DNA of 64,000 bases from IMG/VR virus record IMGVR_UViG_3300042503_002645, positions 55,045-119,044 of that record; one strand, given 5' to 3'. Below, piece by piece: positions 39,278-49,057 of this stretch. The notes under the pieces are model-generated. The model was not told the DNA's origin. It saw only the letters and a list, made by a program, of their open reading frames with translations, and searched no databases. The stretch's first letter is position 1. The number at the start of each line of letters is the position of its first letter. Source of the DNA: a virus. The position numbers and the translations under genes are program-made.

Positions 39278-39483
39278 GAGCATTTCTGGAGGGTATGGCC
39301 CGCTGCTTCGATCTCTTCGGCATTCTCGACGAACCGATCGATCTGCCGAAGACAGACGCAGAAGCGTTCGAAAGAGATAAACTGGCGCTACAGAAAGACT
39401 GGGAAACCATTTACGGCCAGGCTGTGTTCCTGGAACCGCCTGTAGCGCAAAGCGAGGACAAGCATGAGCTGGATCGTAGTTGA
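39274..39483 (+). CDS. Hypothetical protein
   Basis: GTGA coupling with an upstream SD. Confidence 0.5.
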   Translation: MRAFLEGMARCFDLFGILDEPIDLPKTDAEAFERDKLALQKDWETIYGQAVFLEPPVAQSEDKHELDRS

Positions 39484-39982
39484 CGTTGAAGCTGACGGCC
39501 CGGTGCCACCCACGTTCTCGATGATCTGCTTCGGCGCCGTTGTCGTTGAGGCTGGACTGAGCCGAACGTTCTACGGTGAAGTTGCACCCATCTCGGAGCA
39601 GACAAACCTGGCGGCGGCCGCAATTAGCGGCATCAGCCGGGCCAAGCACGAGACGTTTGAAGCGCCGAAGATCGTCATGGCGCGGTTTGCCGACTGGATC
39701 ACCGCGAACACCAAGGGCCGCCCGATCTTTGTGTCGGACAATCCGGCATTCGACTGGCAGTGGATCAACTATTACTTCCACTCGTTCTGCGGTGGAAACC
39801 CGTTCGGCTACTCGGCGCGCAGGATCGGCGACCTGTACTGCGGCATGGAAAAGAACGCGTACGCGCAATGGAAGCATCTGCGCAAAACACGACACGACCA
39901 CAACCCGGTAAACGACGCCAAAGGCAACGCCGAAGCGCTGCTGCGCATGCGTGAACTGGGACTGAAAGTGAACTTCGAATGA
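39464..39982 (+). CDS. DEDD 3'-5' exonuclease (Rv2179c-like)
   Basis: 'VDVEADGP', 'FDWQWI', 'HNPVNDAKGNA'. Confidence 0.85.
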   Translation: MSWIVVDVEADGPVPPTFSMICFGAVVVEAGLSRTFYGEVAPISEQTNLAAAAISGISRAKHETFEAPKIVMARFADWITANTKGRPIFVSDNPAFDWQWINYYFHSFCGGNPFGYSARRIGDLYCGMEKNAYAQWKHLRKTRHDHNPVNDAKGNAEALLRMRELGLKVNFE

Positions 39983-40287
39983 GCATCAACTTCGAGATCG
40001 AAACCATCCGGCATGTCCGCCTGGCCTATATCATCCGCCACGTCAGCCACGAGGTCCGGGACTTTGTCGACGAGGCGCTGATCAATAGCGACTTGTCTTT
40101 CGGCACCAACGAGAATACGCTCGCAAGTCGCCAGGCAATCATCGATATTCTTGAGTCCGCCTGGGCAGGATACGACGAAGATCGCGAACAAGACGAAGAG
40201 TACTGCGAGCAAAAAGACGCCCTCGCCCGTGTGATCGCCGCGATCAACGCGCTCCCCGACGACGTGCTGTTCTCACTGGGATCTTGA
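39979..40287 (+). CDS. Hypothetical protein
   Basis: ATGA coupling. Confidence 0.6.
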   Translation: MSINFEIETIRHVRLAYIIRHVSHEVRDFVDEALINSDLSFGTNENTLASRQAIIDILESAWAGYDEDREQDEEYCEQKDALARVIAAINALPDDVLFSLGS

Positions 40288-40288
40288 T

Positions 40289-40612
40289 ATGGAAACGGTC
40301 GAGTGCGACGAGTACCAGGTCTCCGCACGCGTGACGCTGCGCAAGGGCGACCTGTTCCGGGCCACCGGCGGGCCGTACTACATCGTGCGCGACGAGACCG
40401 GCAAGAAGATCAAGTCGTCCATGGCGGCCAAAGGCCCGTTCAGATTCGTTTCGTACTGCGAGCGCGGTCGGCGAAAATGGATCGTGGCTTACTCCACCAA
40501 AGAGGGCGGCTATACAACGCTGCCCCTCACGCGGTGGCGCACAGTGGACTTAGACAACTTCGTGAATCGCCCCTACAAGATTCTGGGCAAGAAGCGCCCC
40601 AAGAAGAGGTGA
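40289..40612 (+). CDS. Basic hypothetical protein
   Basis: Operon packing, codon bias. Confidence 0.6.
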   Translation: METVECDEYQVSARVTLRKGDLFRATGGPYYIVRDETGKKIKSSMAAKGPFRFVSYCERGRRKWIVAYSTKEGGYTTLPLTRWRTVDLDNFVNRPYKILGKKRPKKR

Positions 40613-40615
40613 CCC

Positions 40616-40780
40616 ATGAGTCGAACCAGAAAGCGACCCTACACCCGGTCCAAACGTTTTGACACTAGCTGCCGTTGTCATGGCGGCTGCCCGTGGTGCC
40701 GCAACAACCGGCTCCACAGCGACATCAGTCGTCGGACTGCTGCCGACACTGCCATCCGTGAGTACCGCTACGCAAGCTGA
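40616..40780 (+). CDS. Small basic Cys/His protein, 54 aa (not in the ORF track)
   Basis: Translated by hand: MSRTRKRPYTRSKRFDTSCRCHGGCPWCRNNRLH...; GAGG SD. Confidence 0.65.
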   Translation: MSRTRKRPYTRSKRFDTSCRCHGGCPWCRNNRLHSDISRRTAADTAIREYRYAS

Positions 40781-40830
40781 GGTTCGCGCAGCGCGGTTCG
40801 ATAAAATGGATGTCGCACGGAGGCGGCACC

Positions 40831-41274
40831 ATGAATTTCGAAATCAGAATCAAAGATATCAATGCGTTGTCGCCAACCGAGGTGACCACGATCTACAACC
40901 AGCTGTCGCATCCGGCATCTGGTTTGGTCGATTCAATCCGCCCAGAGCTGGAGCGTCGCTATATCAAGCCGACGCCCGGACCGCACCCGCCGATGTGGCT
41001 GGCGATGGTCTGGAAAAACGGCGCGTTCGTGGCCTGGGTCGGCACGCGCCCATGGCCTGAGACGTTCAAAAGCCAGCCGGTCACGGCGCAGACCATCGAG
41101 TGCTTCACGGCGCCCGATGCGCGCCGCCACGGGCTGGCCCGCCTGGGGCTGCAGGCGTTGATCTCCGCTGGCCTAATCAACCGCGACAGGATCGTTTCAG
41201 TCTATGCTGCGGAGGTAGTCAAGCTGGCGCAGCAGTGCGGCTGCAAGACTGTGGTTTTGTGTCGCGCCTCTTAG
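40831..41274 (+). CDS. GNAT-like acetyltransferase
   Basis: 'ECFTAPDARRHGLARLGL' matches acetyl-CoA-binding motif A; GGAGG SD. Confidence 0.6.
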   Translation: MNFEIRIKDINALSPTEVTTIYNQLSHPASGLVDSIRPELERRYIKPTPGPHPPMWLAMVWKNGAFVAWVGTRPWPETFKSQPVTAQTIECFTAPDARRHGLARLGLQALISAGLINRDRIVSVYAAEVVKLAQQCGCKTVVLCRAS

Positions 41275-41370
41275 ATGCACCTGGATTTTACGGTCGCCGC
41301 ATATCTGGCGCGACGATCGTATCGTGCGTGTGTTTGTTCTCGCGCGCGAATCGCGTACTTTACAGACAAC

Positions 41371-42408
41371 ATGTCTTCAGATAACAACCAGGATGATGAG
41401 CCGCTTTTACTTCAGTTAAGGCGCGATACACAGTATCTAAATGATCCTGATATTCCACAACGACTACTCACGGTTGACGAAGAAGCCGCCTATATCCGGC
41501 GATACATGGCGTCAATCCGCGACATTACACACTGGTCTAAGTCAGAGGCGATTACCGCTGAGATTGAATTTTGCGTGCAGAACAACCTTGTCCGGCATCT
41601 TTGCGCCATAGCCGCGCACTTCTACGCGCAACACGAATACTCGGTGCGGTGGCGCCCGGTGGGTTTCTTCAAAGGCGGCGGCAGCTATCGCGAAATCAAA
41701 TTGGAGTTCGACAAGTACGACGTCGACACCAAAACATCTCGAACCTATGAAGGTACTTTAACTCGAGAATGGGAGCGCGGTGAACGGTACACGTTATGTG
41801 TCAACGGGGGGAATGAAGAAGAGTACCGCCGGGCTAACGGAATTGTAGATATTTTGAACATCCTGGGCGTTCCGCGCGCTTACATTGACGGCTTGTTCGA
41901 TATGTTGGACTACGGTATGGAGGCAACAGACAACGAGTACGCGCACAAACGCAAAGAACTTGCGCAGATACGCGAGCGGCTAATCGACCTAGAGCACCAG
42001 GTACGTGAGCGCTCCCAGCAATTGCAGTCGTTGAAACGCCCCGACAAATGGCGACGAAAACGGTACCCGATAATTAAGCCGAGCGACGCGGCGGCAATGC
42101 CTGCTGTTCCGGCTTCAATAGAGCCGTTGTTGGAGGCTGTAACAAAGTACCAACAATGCTCTGGGATATATTTCCTCTGGGACCTTAACCGCACGTGCGC
42201 TTATGTCGGAAAATCGCGCAATGTTGGCAGTCGACTGTCCAGCCACAACAAAGCCGTAAAAGAACACGCAGTCAGCGTATTACCGCTGCCGGTTGCCGAG
42301 ATCCATTACGCGGAGTTGTACTATATTTGGTTGCTGCGCCCGTATTTGAACCGAGAAGGCGCAGAAACGGCAAAAGCAATCACCCCCAATACAGCACCTG
42401 CAACATGA
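41371..42408 (+). CDS. Protein with a C-terminal GIY-YIG nuclease domain
   Basis: 'SGIYFLW...AYVGKSRNVGSRLSSH...AELYYI..LRPYLN'; lower-GC codon use. Confidence 0.7.
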   Translation: MSSDNNQDDEPLLLQLRRDTQYLNDPDIPQRLLTVDEEAAYIRRYMASIRDITHWSKSEAITAEIEFCVQNNLVRHLCAIAAHFYAQHEYSVRWRPVGFFKGGGSYREIKLEFDKYDVDTKTSRTYEGTLTREWERGERYTLCVNGGNEEEYRRANGIVDILNILGVPRAYIDGLFDMLDYGMEATDNEYAHKRKELAQIRERLIDLEHQVRERSQQLQSLKRPDKWRRKRYPIIKPSDAAAMPAVPASIEPLLEAVTKYQQCSGIYFLWDLNRTCAYVGKSRNVGSRLSSHNKAVKEHAVSVLPLPVAEIHYAELYYIWLLRPYLNREGAETAKAITPNTAPAT

Positions 42409-42614
42409 AACGCTACCACGAAGAACAACACATCGTCGCGCGGCGGGAGCGGGAGTACAGCGCGGCATACGAGCACGCCCCGCGCACACCTGGCCGATTT
42501 CGCAAGACGCACATCGGCTGCAACCGGGCGAGCTGCCAAGTGTGCCACCCCGAAAAGTTTCCCCGTCGAACGCCCACACGCCAGGAACAACGGCCGTGGG
42601 GCGACGGGTATTGA
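42405..42614 (+). CDS. Small protein with a C-x4-C-x2-C-H motif
   Basis: ATGA coupling; 'GCNRASCQVCHPEK'. Confidence 0.55.
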   Translation: MKRYHEEQHIVARREREYSAAYEHAPRTPGRFRKTHIGCNRASCQVCHPEKFPRRTPTRQEQRPWGDGY

Positions 42615-42641
42615 TATCTATTCACACAGGAGAAAGTCGAG

Positions 42642-43397
42642 ATGGGCGCAGTTCTACACTGCGAAACGTTCGATGGAAAACTGACACCGGCTGAGCTGCG
42701 GAAGGCGTACGCCGATCGGCGAGAAAACATGCTTATCGAGCACGGAGCTGACCCGTATAACGGCACGTGGAGCACGTTGGACGGCTCGCTTGTGTTTGTA
42801 GGTGACGTCCTAAATTCGCGCGAAGACGCTGAGGGCTTTATCGATGGCCGCGCCGATAAGTGGGGCGCGGCGTTTGCTGTGCGATTTCACGACAACCGCA
42901 CGGAAACCACGAAGAAGCCGACGTTCAACAGTGAGCCAGCCGATTCTCACAAGAACATGTTCTTGCTGTTTTGGCGACCCGGCGTAACTGATGGGGACTA
43001 TCGCACGCGCGCGGTCGTGACGCAACGCGACGTTTTGCGCCCAGGCGACCCAGCCGCCCGCGTCATCGTCGCTGCCGACCAGCTTTCTGCAGCTGGAAAG
43101 ACGCAACTTGCTGCGGCGTGCCGTGCTTGCGTCGCAGCCGACAAGGACTTTAACGCCGTCAATAGAACGGTGCAGGCGCTTGTCGCTGCGTTGTCTGACC
43201 CGCGCAAAGAAGTCACAACAGCAGAGTTCGCGGAGTTCAAGAAGCAACGCAAGCAGGCTGCAAAGCTCGCCAAGATTCGAGATAAGATGGCCGTGCGCCT
43301 TTACGAATTGGACACGCGCTTTGCAAGCAAGCTCTACAGCACCGAGACTGTCAATCACGGTCAAAGCTGGCTCGTCGGCGGTCTGTGCGGTTGTTGA
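42642..43397 (+). CDS. Phage hypothetical protein
   Basis: AGGAG SD; 'HGADPYNGT...DKWG.A.AV...WLVGGLC'. Confidence 0.65.
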   Translation: MGAVLHCETFDGKLTPAELRKAYADRRENMLIEHGADPYNGTWSTLDGSLVFVGDVLNSREDAEGFIDGRADKWGAAFAVRFHDNRTETTKKPTFNSEPADSHKNMFLLFWRPGVTDGDYRTRAVVTQRDVLRPGDPAARVIVAADQLSAAGKTQLAAACRACVAADKDFNAVNRTVQALVAALSDPRKEVTTAEFAEFKKQRKQAAKLAKIRDKMAVRLYELDTRFASKLYSTETVNHGQSWLVGGLCGC

Positions 43398-43469
43398 CCG
43401 CAGCGCTCGGCGCTCTCGTGACGAGCATCATCTGGCTCGTGCAATACCTGAAGAACTGAAGGAGTAACG

Positions 43470-43763
43470 ATGGATTACAAGTACCACCTCAGCGTCCCGA
43501 ACAGCAATCCCAACAGCGCGTTCTCGCATTATCAGATTTGCTGCGTCCTGCCAATCGACACGGTTCCCGACGTGCCGGAAAGGACTGACGCCAGCTACAG
43601 CGGCGGTGAGCCCGGTCAGATGGTGTACACGCTTATTGGTATCTACAGCGGCCGAACTGGCTGGCGACCAATCGTGCCCTCCAGTCCCGATCTGGGATCA
43701 CTCAAAACTCTGCTGGTGGACATCAACGGCCCGATTCCCGAGGAAGCCGAAAACGGCGGCTGA
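43470..43763 (+). CDS. Hypothetical protein
   Basis: AAGGAG SD. Confidence 0.6.
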   Translation: MDYKYHLSVPNSNPNSAFSHYQICCVLPIDTVPDVPERTDASYSGGEPGQMVYTLIGIYSGRTGWRPIVPSSPDLGSLKTLLVDINGPIPEEAENGG

Positions 43764-43821
43764 CCCGGGCAATTGCGGCAACAGCGACGACAGTACTCAC
43801 CAACAACAAGGAACAACGAAC

Positions 43822-44139
43822 ATGGCTCAGGACTACGCACAGAACATTGTCGATCTCGGCGACAAGCTCGCCGATGCCACGAAGGCGGAGATGCAGCTGG
43901 AAGACATTCGCCACACCGTGAAGCTGGCCGCCATCGAGCGGATTATGAAGAGCGGCGACAATCCGATGACCAACAAGCCGCATTCGTTCAGCTCGGCCGA
44001 GGCCGCGGTGAGCACCGACGGCTCGTACGCCGAACACCTCGAGCAGCAGCGCGACGCCGCGGCCGCGCGAATTCGGGCGCGGGCGCGGTACGATGCTGCG
44101 GTGGCGGCCGCCCGCCTTGCGGCGGAGGTGGCTTCGTGA
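43822..44139 (+). CDS. Hypothetical protein
   Basis: AAGGA SD, ATG 43822. Confidence 0.6.
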   Translation: MAQDYAQNIVDLGDKLADATKAEMQLEDIRHTVKLAAIERIMKSGDNPMTNKPHSFSSAEAAVSTDGSYAEHLEQQRDAAAARIRARARYDAAVAAARLAAEVAS

Positions 44140-44477
44140 CCGCGGGCACCTCGACGGTCACGCTTCAAACCATCAAAAATGCGATCAAGAACTTCGAGGC
44201 CGTGCAGAACAAGTTTCGCAGCTTTGGCGCGAATGACACGGAACCGGACTCTGTCTTTCAGGGAATTCTCTGGGCCGTCATCAACGACGAAGACACCAGC
44301 ATTCCCATGAGCGGTGACGGCTGGGAGCTGTACTCCAGCAGCATGGACTGCAAAGAAGCCGCTGATGCGCTGCATCTGGCGGCGGTGGGTGCGGTGCAGC
44401 AGATCTTTGGCTGTCCGCCCGCGCTGCGCAAAGAGATGCGGAAGTACATCAAGGACTACTGCTGGAGATATAACTAG
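44136..44477 (+). CDS. Hypothetical protein
   Basis: GGAGG SD, GTGA coupling. Confidence 0.6.
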   Translation: MTAGTSTVTLQTIKNAIKNFEAVQNKFRSFGANDTEPDSVFQGILWAVINDEDTSIPMSGDGWELYSSSMDCKEAADALHLAAVGAVQQIFGCPPALRKEMRKYIKDYCWRYN

Positions 44478-44478
44478 C

Positions 44479-44964
44479 ATGCCGCGCGGACCCACGCGGG
44501 TACCCAACTGCAAAGCACAAAAGCTGGTAAAGGACCGTATCCCGTTCAACGGGAGCAACATCTTCGGGCGCAGGCTGCGACACGGCTACTGCGTGTATTC
44601 CTACAACGCGCAGTGGCCGCTCTACCTGCACTACTGCGACAACTGGTACGGCGTCATAGGTTATCGTTCGGCCACGACGCAGCGGCACAAAAGCCAGCTT
44701 TGCCCTGACGACGTGAAGGCCTATCTGCCGCGGCCGGTGCTGCAGCTGTTCGCGACCCTGGCAGACACGTATTACGGCAGCAACACGGACCTCGAGCTGA
44801 TCGTGCGGGCGCATTTTCCTGCTTGCACGCTGACCGCTGACGAGCGAAACCTCGACCGGGAGCGGTACCGTACTGCGGCAGGCGCAATCCAAGTCTCGAC
44901 GCCACTGGCCCGCGCCACCGTCGACTGGAACGCCGTGCGGCGCCGACGCGTGATGCCGGTCTGA
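44479..44964 (+). CDS. Phage hypothetical protein ('F.GSNIFG...Y.VYSY...WPL...S.TT.RH')
   Basis: Recognisable phage motif; GGAG SD. Confidence 0.6.
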   Translation: MPRGPTRVPNCKAQKLVKDRIPFNGSNIFGRRLRHGYCVYSYNAQWPLYLHYCDNWYGVIGYRSATTQRHKSQLCPDDVKAYLPRPVLQLFATLADTYYGSNTDLELIVRAHFPACTLTADERNLDRERYRTAAGAIQVSTPLARATVDWNAVRRRRVMPV

Positions 44965-45008
44965 ATAGATATCTATCAAGCGGCACACCCATCTTCAGGA
45001 GTCACCGA

Positions 45009-45410
45009 ATGTTTTTCACCTTCAATCAGAACAACAGTGGGGGCCGTTTTCGTGGGCCCGCTTACTACGTCATCATCGAGGCAGATACGCCCACCGAGGC
45101 AAACAACATCGCCGAAAACCACGGCGTCTATTTCGACGGCTGCCGTGATGGCACCGATTGCGAGTGCTGTGGCGATCGCTGGTATCCCGTGAGCGCGCAC
45201 GACGGCCATCCCGAGCCGATGATCTACGGCATGGCTGTGAATATCGCGGCGCCCTCCCGTACGCTCGAAGACGGCGCGGAGTTTTGCGAGGTCATGATCG
45301 TCTACAAGGACGGCCGCGTCGTGAAAGCAGCCGAACCGCGGCGGACTTACGACGAGAGTGGGTCAATGCCTACGCGCGTCGAGTTGTTCGGCAACGCGAG
45401 CGACAGCTAG
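45009..45410 (+). CDS. Phage conserved protein ('F.QNNSGG.F...CECCGDRW')
   Basis: AGGAG SD; known phage motif. Confidence 0.7.
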   Translation: MFFTFNQNNSGGRFRGPAYYVIIEADTPTEANNIAENHGVYFDGCRDGTDCECCGDRWYPVSAHDGHPEPMIYGMAVNIAAPSRTLEDGAEFCEVMIVYKDGRVVKAAEPRRTYDESGSMPTRVELFGNASDS

Positions 45411-47332
45411 TACCCGCCGAAGAACCTGCCGCCCATGGCGTCATCTTCCCAGTCCGTGGGGTTCTCGGCGGCAGCGGTCTGAGGACTGATGCGGCCAAGC
45501 CCGGCGATCTCGGCAAAGTTCGGGAATGCCTGGTTGATGTGCCACGCAGCGGAAACACCGAAGTTCACAGCCTGTGCGAAGTCGTCGGACAGCAGCACGT
45601 TCCTGGTGATCGTGTAGATGTCTCCAGTTGACCTCGACTCAGTTTTGTTTTCGGTGAGTGCCAGGAAATCAGAAATCAGGCCCGGGCTATCCTGGTTCGC
45701 CCAGTCAAACTGGAAGAACCGTACCTGCTTGAGCTTGATGGCCTGGCAGGTGTACAGGAGCGAGCGCGTCTTATCCAGGCTGTAATGGGCCCGGTGATTC
45801 AGTGCAGTCGGCTCCTTGTACACCATGTAATCCTGCGACGCCGAGCGCACCAGGCGAATGGCCATGATGCGATCCAGGTTGAACCCGGCTTGGACGAGCA
45901 CGGTCTCGCGCACTGTTCCGGCGCCCGTGTAGTCGTGGACCACGAAATCGCACTTAAACTGCTGCGAATACTTCATGCACTCGACAGCTTCGGCCAGGTG
46001 CTCGCCGCCGAGCATCAGGCGTTTGCCCCAAAGCACGTCGATCGCGCCGTCGGGCCGGAAGCCGAGCACCGCAAGCACGGTAAACGATACGCCCTCCTCG
46101 CCGCCGCCGCCCCAGTCAACGGCCAGAATGCGCTGTTTGTAGTCGTTGATGTTCTTCAAACACTCGGGGTCTGGCTCGCGCTTGTTTTCCCACGGAAGAA
46201 TCGACGCGTTGCGAAGATCTGTTTCGCTGACGAGCTTCTGCCCTGCGTCAACGCTCTCGCCCAGCACCTCGTTGTAGAACTGGGCCTGCGTGATGTTGAA
46301 GCCCTCACGCTTCATCAAGAGCGTGGCCCACTTGTCCTGGTCGGCGTAGTGCAGCGGCAACAAGATCTGCGGAACATGGTAACCCGCGAAGTTCCAGCGG
46401 CGATCCGGATGCCGATGGACCCAGCGACCAAACCGCGGATTGACCGGCTTGCGGCACTTCGCGCAAACAGTTCCTGGCGACTTCTCGGAAATGTCGTCAC
46501 GGTACGGCCCAATCATCGCGTCGAGATCGTGCTCGAGCGCCGGTATGTTCCAGTGGCCGCACGATACACACTTGATGAACCACTCCGCAGCGCTGCTGCG
46601 CGAGTACAAGCCCTGGAGCGGATTGTCCATGGACTTGGGCGTACCCGTGAAATGCGTCATCGCAAAACGAGAGTACGACATCGTTTCCTGGATGATCGGA
46701 ATATGGTCCGGGTCGATGTCCTGCACCTCGTCGATGCAGACGCGGTCGCTCGACACGCCACGCACGCGGTCAGCGTCAAGCAGGGCGAAGGAGAAGAGCA
46801 TCATGCTCTTGTTCTTGAAGCTGCGCTGCAGCACGTTGTTCTCAGTGTCCGTCCCCATCCACTGCGTCTTAATGGGCGACTGATCAATGAAGCTGCGCAC
46901 GTAGTTGTTGCTAAAACGCCGAATCTGCTCGAACAGCGGCGTCACAAACAGCGTCTTGAAAAACGGGACGCTGTTGGACAGCACCACCCCGTGCGACGCC
47001 AGGCTCGTGGACTTTGACACCTGCCGCCCTGTTTTCCACACTTGGTTCTTGGGCATCAGCACGCGAAAAATCGGGCTGAAGACAAAGTGGTCCTTAACGC
47101 TGTACGGACGGCCGTTCAGGTTGAGCACCAGCGGCAAGATCGGCTCGAGCGAAGGGAACCCGCGCTGCTCGGCCAGCGCTTTCAAAACGTACATCCGCTC
47201 TTGCGCGGACTGCTGATCGGTAACATCAATGCCGGTCAGCTCTGTAAGCAGCGCGCGCACTCCCGCGTTAGGGATTGCGCGTGTTGTTAATTCTGGCGGG
47301 CTCACCTCCCGCTCATCTATTAATGGTGCCAT
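45407..47332 (-). CDS. terL: Terminase large subunit (GpA-like)
   Basis: Walker A-like 'GRQVSKST', Walker B 'CIDEVQD', 'GTPKS', CxxC pairs, 'FYNEVLG', nuclease 'LAVDWGGG'. Confidence 0.88.
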   Translation of the reverse strand: MAPLIDEREVSPPELTTRAIPNAGVRALLTELTGIDVTDQQSAQERMYVLKALAEQRGFPSLEPILPLVLNLNGRPYSVKDHFVFSPIFRVLMPKNQVWKTGRQVSKSTSLASHGVVLSNSVPFFKTLFVTPLFEQIRRFSNNYVRSFIDQSPIKTQWMGTDTENNVLQRSFKNKSMMLFSFALLDADRVRGVSSDRVCIDEVQDIDPDHIPIIQETMSYSRFAMTHFTGTPKSMDNPLQGLYSRSSAAEWFIKCVSCGHWNIPALEHDLDAMIGPYRDDISEKSPGTVCAKCRKPVNPRFGRWVHRHPDRRWNFAGYHVPQILLPLHYADQDKWATLLMKREGFNITQAQFYNEVLGESVDAGQKLVSETDLRNASILPWENKREPDPECLKNINDYKQRILAVDWGGGGEEGVSFTVLAVLGFRPDGAIDVLWGKRLMLGGEHLAEAVECMKYSQQFKCDFVVHDYTGAGTVRETVLVQAGFNLDRIMAIRLVRSASQDYMVYKEPTALNHRAHYSLDKTRSLLYTCQAIKLKQVRFFQFDWANQDSPGLISDFLALTENKTESRSTGDIYTITRNVLLSDDFAQAVNFGVSAAWHINQAFPNFAEIAGLGRISPQTAAAENPTDWEDDAMGGRFFGGY

Positions 47333-47497
47333 ATGTCGAAGTATCACAATCGAGGGCGGCGGCGGCAACCGCCGCCAGGCGAACTGCAGTGGTTGGAAGA
47401 CGGTATTTGTGACCTGTTTGCGATTGCCGTCTGCGCTGTAGTTACGCTAGCGCGCGGGCTTTGGGAACTGCTCAGCGGCGAGAAGCCGCTGCGGTAG
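47333..47497 (+). CDS. Possible small protein (54 aa) with a hydrophobic segment
   Basis: Translated by hand: MSKYHNRGRRRQPPPGELQWLEDGICDLFAIAVCAVVTLARGLWELLSGEKPLR. Confidence 0.35.
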   Translation: MSKYHNRGRRRQPPPGELQWLEDGICDLFAIAVCAVVTLARGLWELLSGEKPLR

Positions 47498-47566
47498 GCT
47501 CGGCCTAACGCTTTGGCCTGAACGAGTATACTCAAGGGTGACTCACTCAGGTTCAAGGAGCACAGC

Positions 47567-47791
47567 ATGGCAACCATCGGCCGCAGCGCCAAACTTTACC
47601 AAGAGCGGCGAGAATCTGGCATCAGGTCCACCTTGCGCGGCCCCGGCCCGCAAGTTTACCTGCCGGACAACGCCGTTCACCGACTCGACATTGAAGCACC
47701 TTTGCCCTTGCCATCACTGGTCGAGGACGGCTGCCAACCTGGCGACACAAAGACACAAGTCTGGCCCCATGGAGACAAGTACGCCCCGTGA
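47567..47791 (+). CDS. Hypothetical protein
   Basis: AAGGAG SD; TATACT upstream. Confidence 0.55.
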   Translation: MATIGRSAKLYQERRESGIRSTLRGPGPQVYLPDNAVHRLDIEAPLPLPSLVEDGCQPGDTKTQVWPHGDKYAP

Positions 47792-47985
47792 GCAAACCGT
47801 ATGATTACGCCTCTCTGTTTCTGATTTTCGGTCTTGGTCCGCTTGCTGGCGCCGCGGTGGCGCTGTACTGCAACGCGATCACATGGCTTGATTTCTGTGC
47901 CGCGTTATTCGCGGCGTTCATCGTTCTGCGCATCAGCAACACAATGCAGCGCGAAGACGCGCGCTGGCATAAAGACGAGAGGTAG
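47788..47985 (+). CDS. Small two-TM membrane protein
   Basis: GTGA coupling; hydrophobic segments. Confidence 0.5.
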   Translation: MSKPYDYASLFLIFGLGPLAGAAVALYCNAITWLDFCAALFAAFIVLRISNTMQREDARWHKDER

Positions 47986-47989
47986 ACCC

Positions 47990-48340
47990 TTGCTGAATCT
48001 TTTTGACTTTGTGGCTGTTGTGCTGGCCACCGGAAGTCTGATCGAGGGCTGGCACAAAGGTTCGATCTTTGCAGACTGGCGCGCAAGAGCGCAAGCGATT
48101 CAGGACGTCACCGATCCCGACTCAGCTCGCGGACGCCTGCTGGAGTTGCTCGACTGCCCGTTCTGCAAAAGCTATCACGTGCCTTTCTGGCTGCTCGCCG
48201 CGCTCTTGCTGGGCGACTGGCTTGGCGCTACGATCGGCACCGTAGTCCGGCTGGTGGTTTACGCGCTCGCGGCAACCCGCGCGTCGAACCTGCTGGACGG
48301 ATTTCTTCCGCCACGGATGCGCTACACCCCGCCCATTTGA
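47990..48340 (+). CDS. Membrane protein, DUF1360-like
   Basis: 'SIFADWR...LLELLDCPFCKSYHV' with flanking TM helices. Confidence 0.6.
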   Translation: MLNLFDFVAVVLATGSLIEGWHKGSIFADWRARAQAIQDVTDPDSARGRLLELLDCPFCKSYHVPFWLLAALLLGDWLGATIGTVVRLVVYALAATRASNLLDGFLPPRMRYTPPI

Positions 48341-48351
48341 AGGAACCGCAC

Positions 48352-48762
48352 ATGCCCGAACAACTTGACGAGACGCCATCTGAGAGCAAAGCCGCGCGGC
48401 TGCCTTTTGACGTCGAGTTTTACACGCAAGCGGACGCGTTCTGCACGACCGCGATGCATATCATTCCGGAACTTTCCGGCGTCGTTATCATGCCGCTGTG
48501 GCACACCCCGGTGCCGGAGTCGCCACCTGGTTTGGTGCGCACGCGCGACCCACAGAACCCGCAGAACCTGCAGGCGTCAAAGCTGCAGCTGCTGTTGCGC
48601 ACGCTGCAGCAGCTCACCCTGCTTAGCGTTGACATCCACAAAGGCCTGATGGGCCAGATTCAGGTGTTCAACCTCTACGCTAGCAGGCTTGCGCAGGACA
48701 TCAAGAGCAAGCAAGAGCAGCTTGCCGACATGCCGCCGGAGGCGCCGACCCCCGATGCCTGA
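48352..48762 (+). CDS. Hypothetical protein
   Basis: AAGGA SD. Confidence 0.6.
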   Translation: MPEQLDETPSESKAARLPFDVEFYTQADAFCTTAMHIIPELSGVVIMPLWHTPVPESPPGLVRTRDPQNPQNLQASKLQLLLRTLQQLTLLSVDIHKGLMGQIQVFNLYASRLAQDIKSKQEQLADMPPEAPTPDA

Positions 48763-49057
48763 CAACGACGTGCCCACGACTGAAATCCAAATCACGGCCG
48801 ACAACGAGCTGCTGCGGCAAATGCTGCAGCGGCAGTACGGAAAGATGGCGCCCGAAGAGCTGCGAGCGGCGCTTGAAACGACGTACGTGTCCGTCTGGAA
48901 CGAAGACGAGTTCAAGGTTGCATTCACGCCCAAGGACGAACACCCGCCGTACGTCACCGTCACAAACAACGCGACGGGAGAAACCGGCACGGTGATCTAC
49001 GTCGACTCGCCCAGGTTTTACTTCCTGTTCAATCCCGAGATTCCACCCAATGAGTGA
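48755..49057 (+). CDS. Hypothetical protein
   Basis: GGAGG SD; 'PPYV.V....TG..GT......PRFYF'. Confidence 0.6.
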   Translation: MPDNDVPTTEIQITADNELLRQMLQRQYGKMAPEELRAALETTYVSVWNEDEFKVAFTPKDEHPPYVTVTNNATGETGTVIYVDSPRFYFLFNPEIPPNE

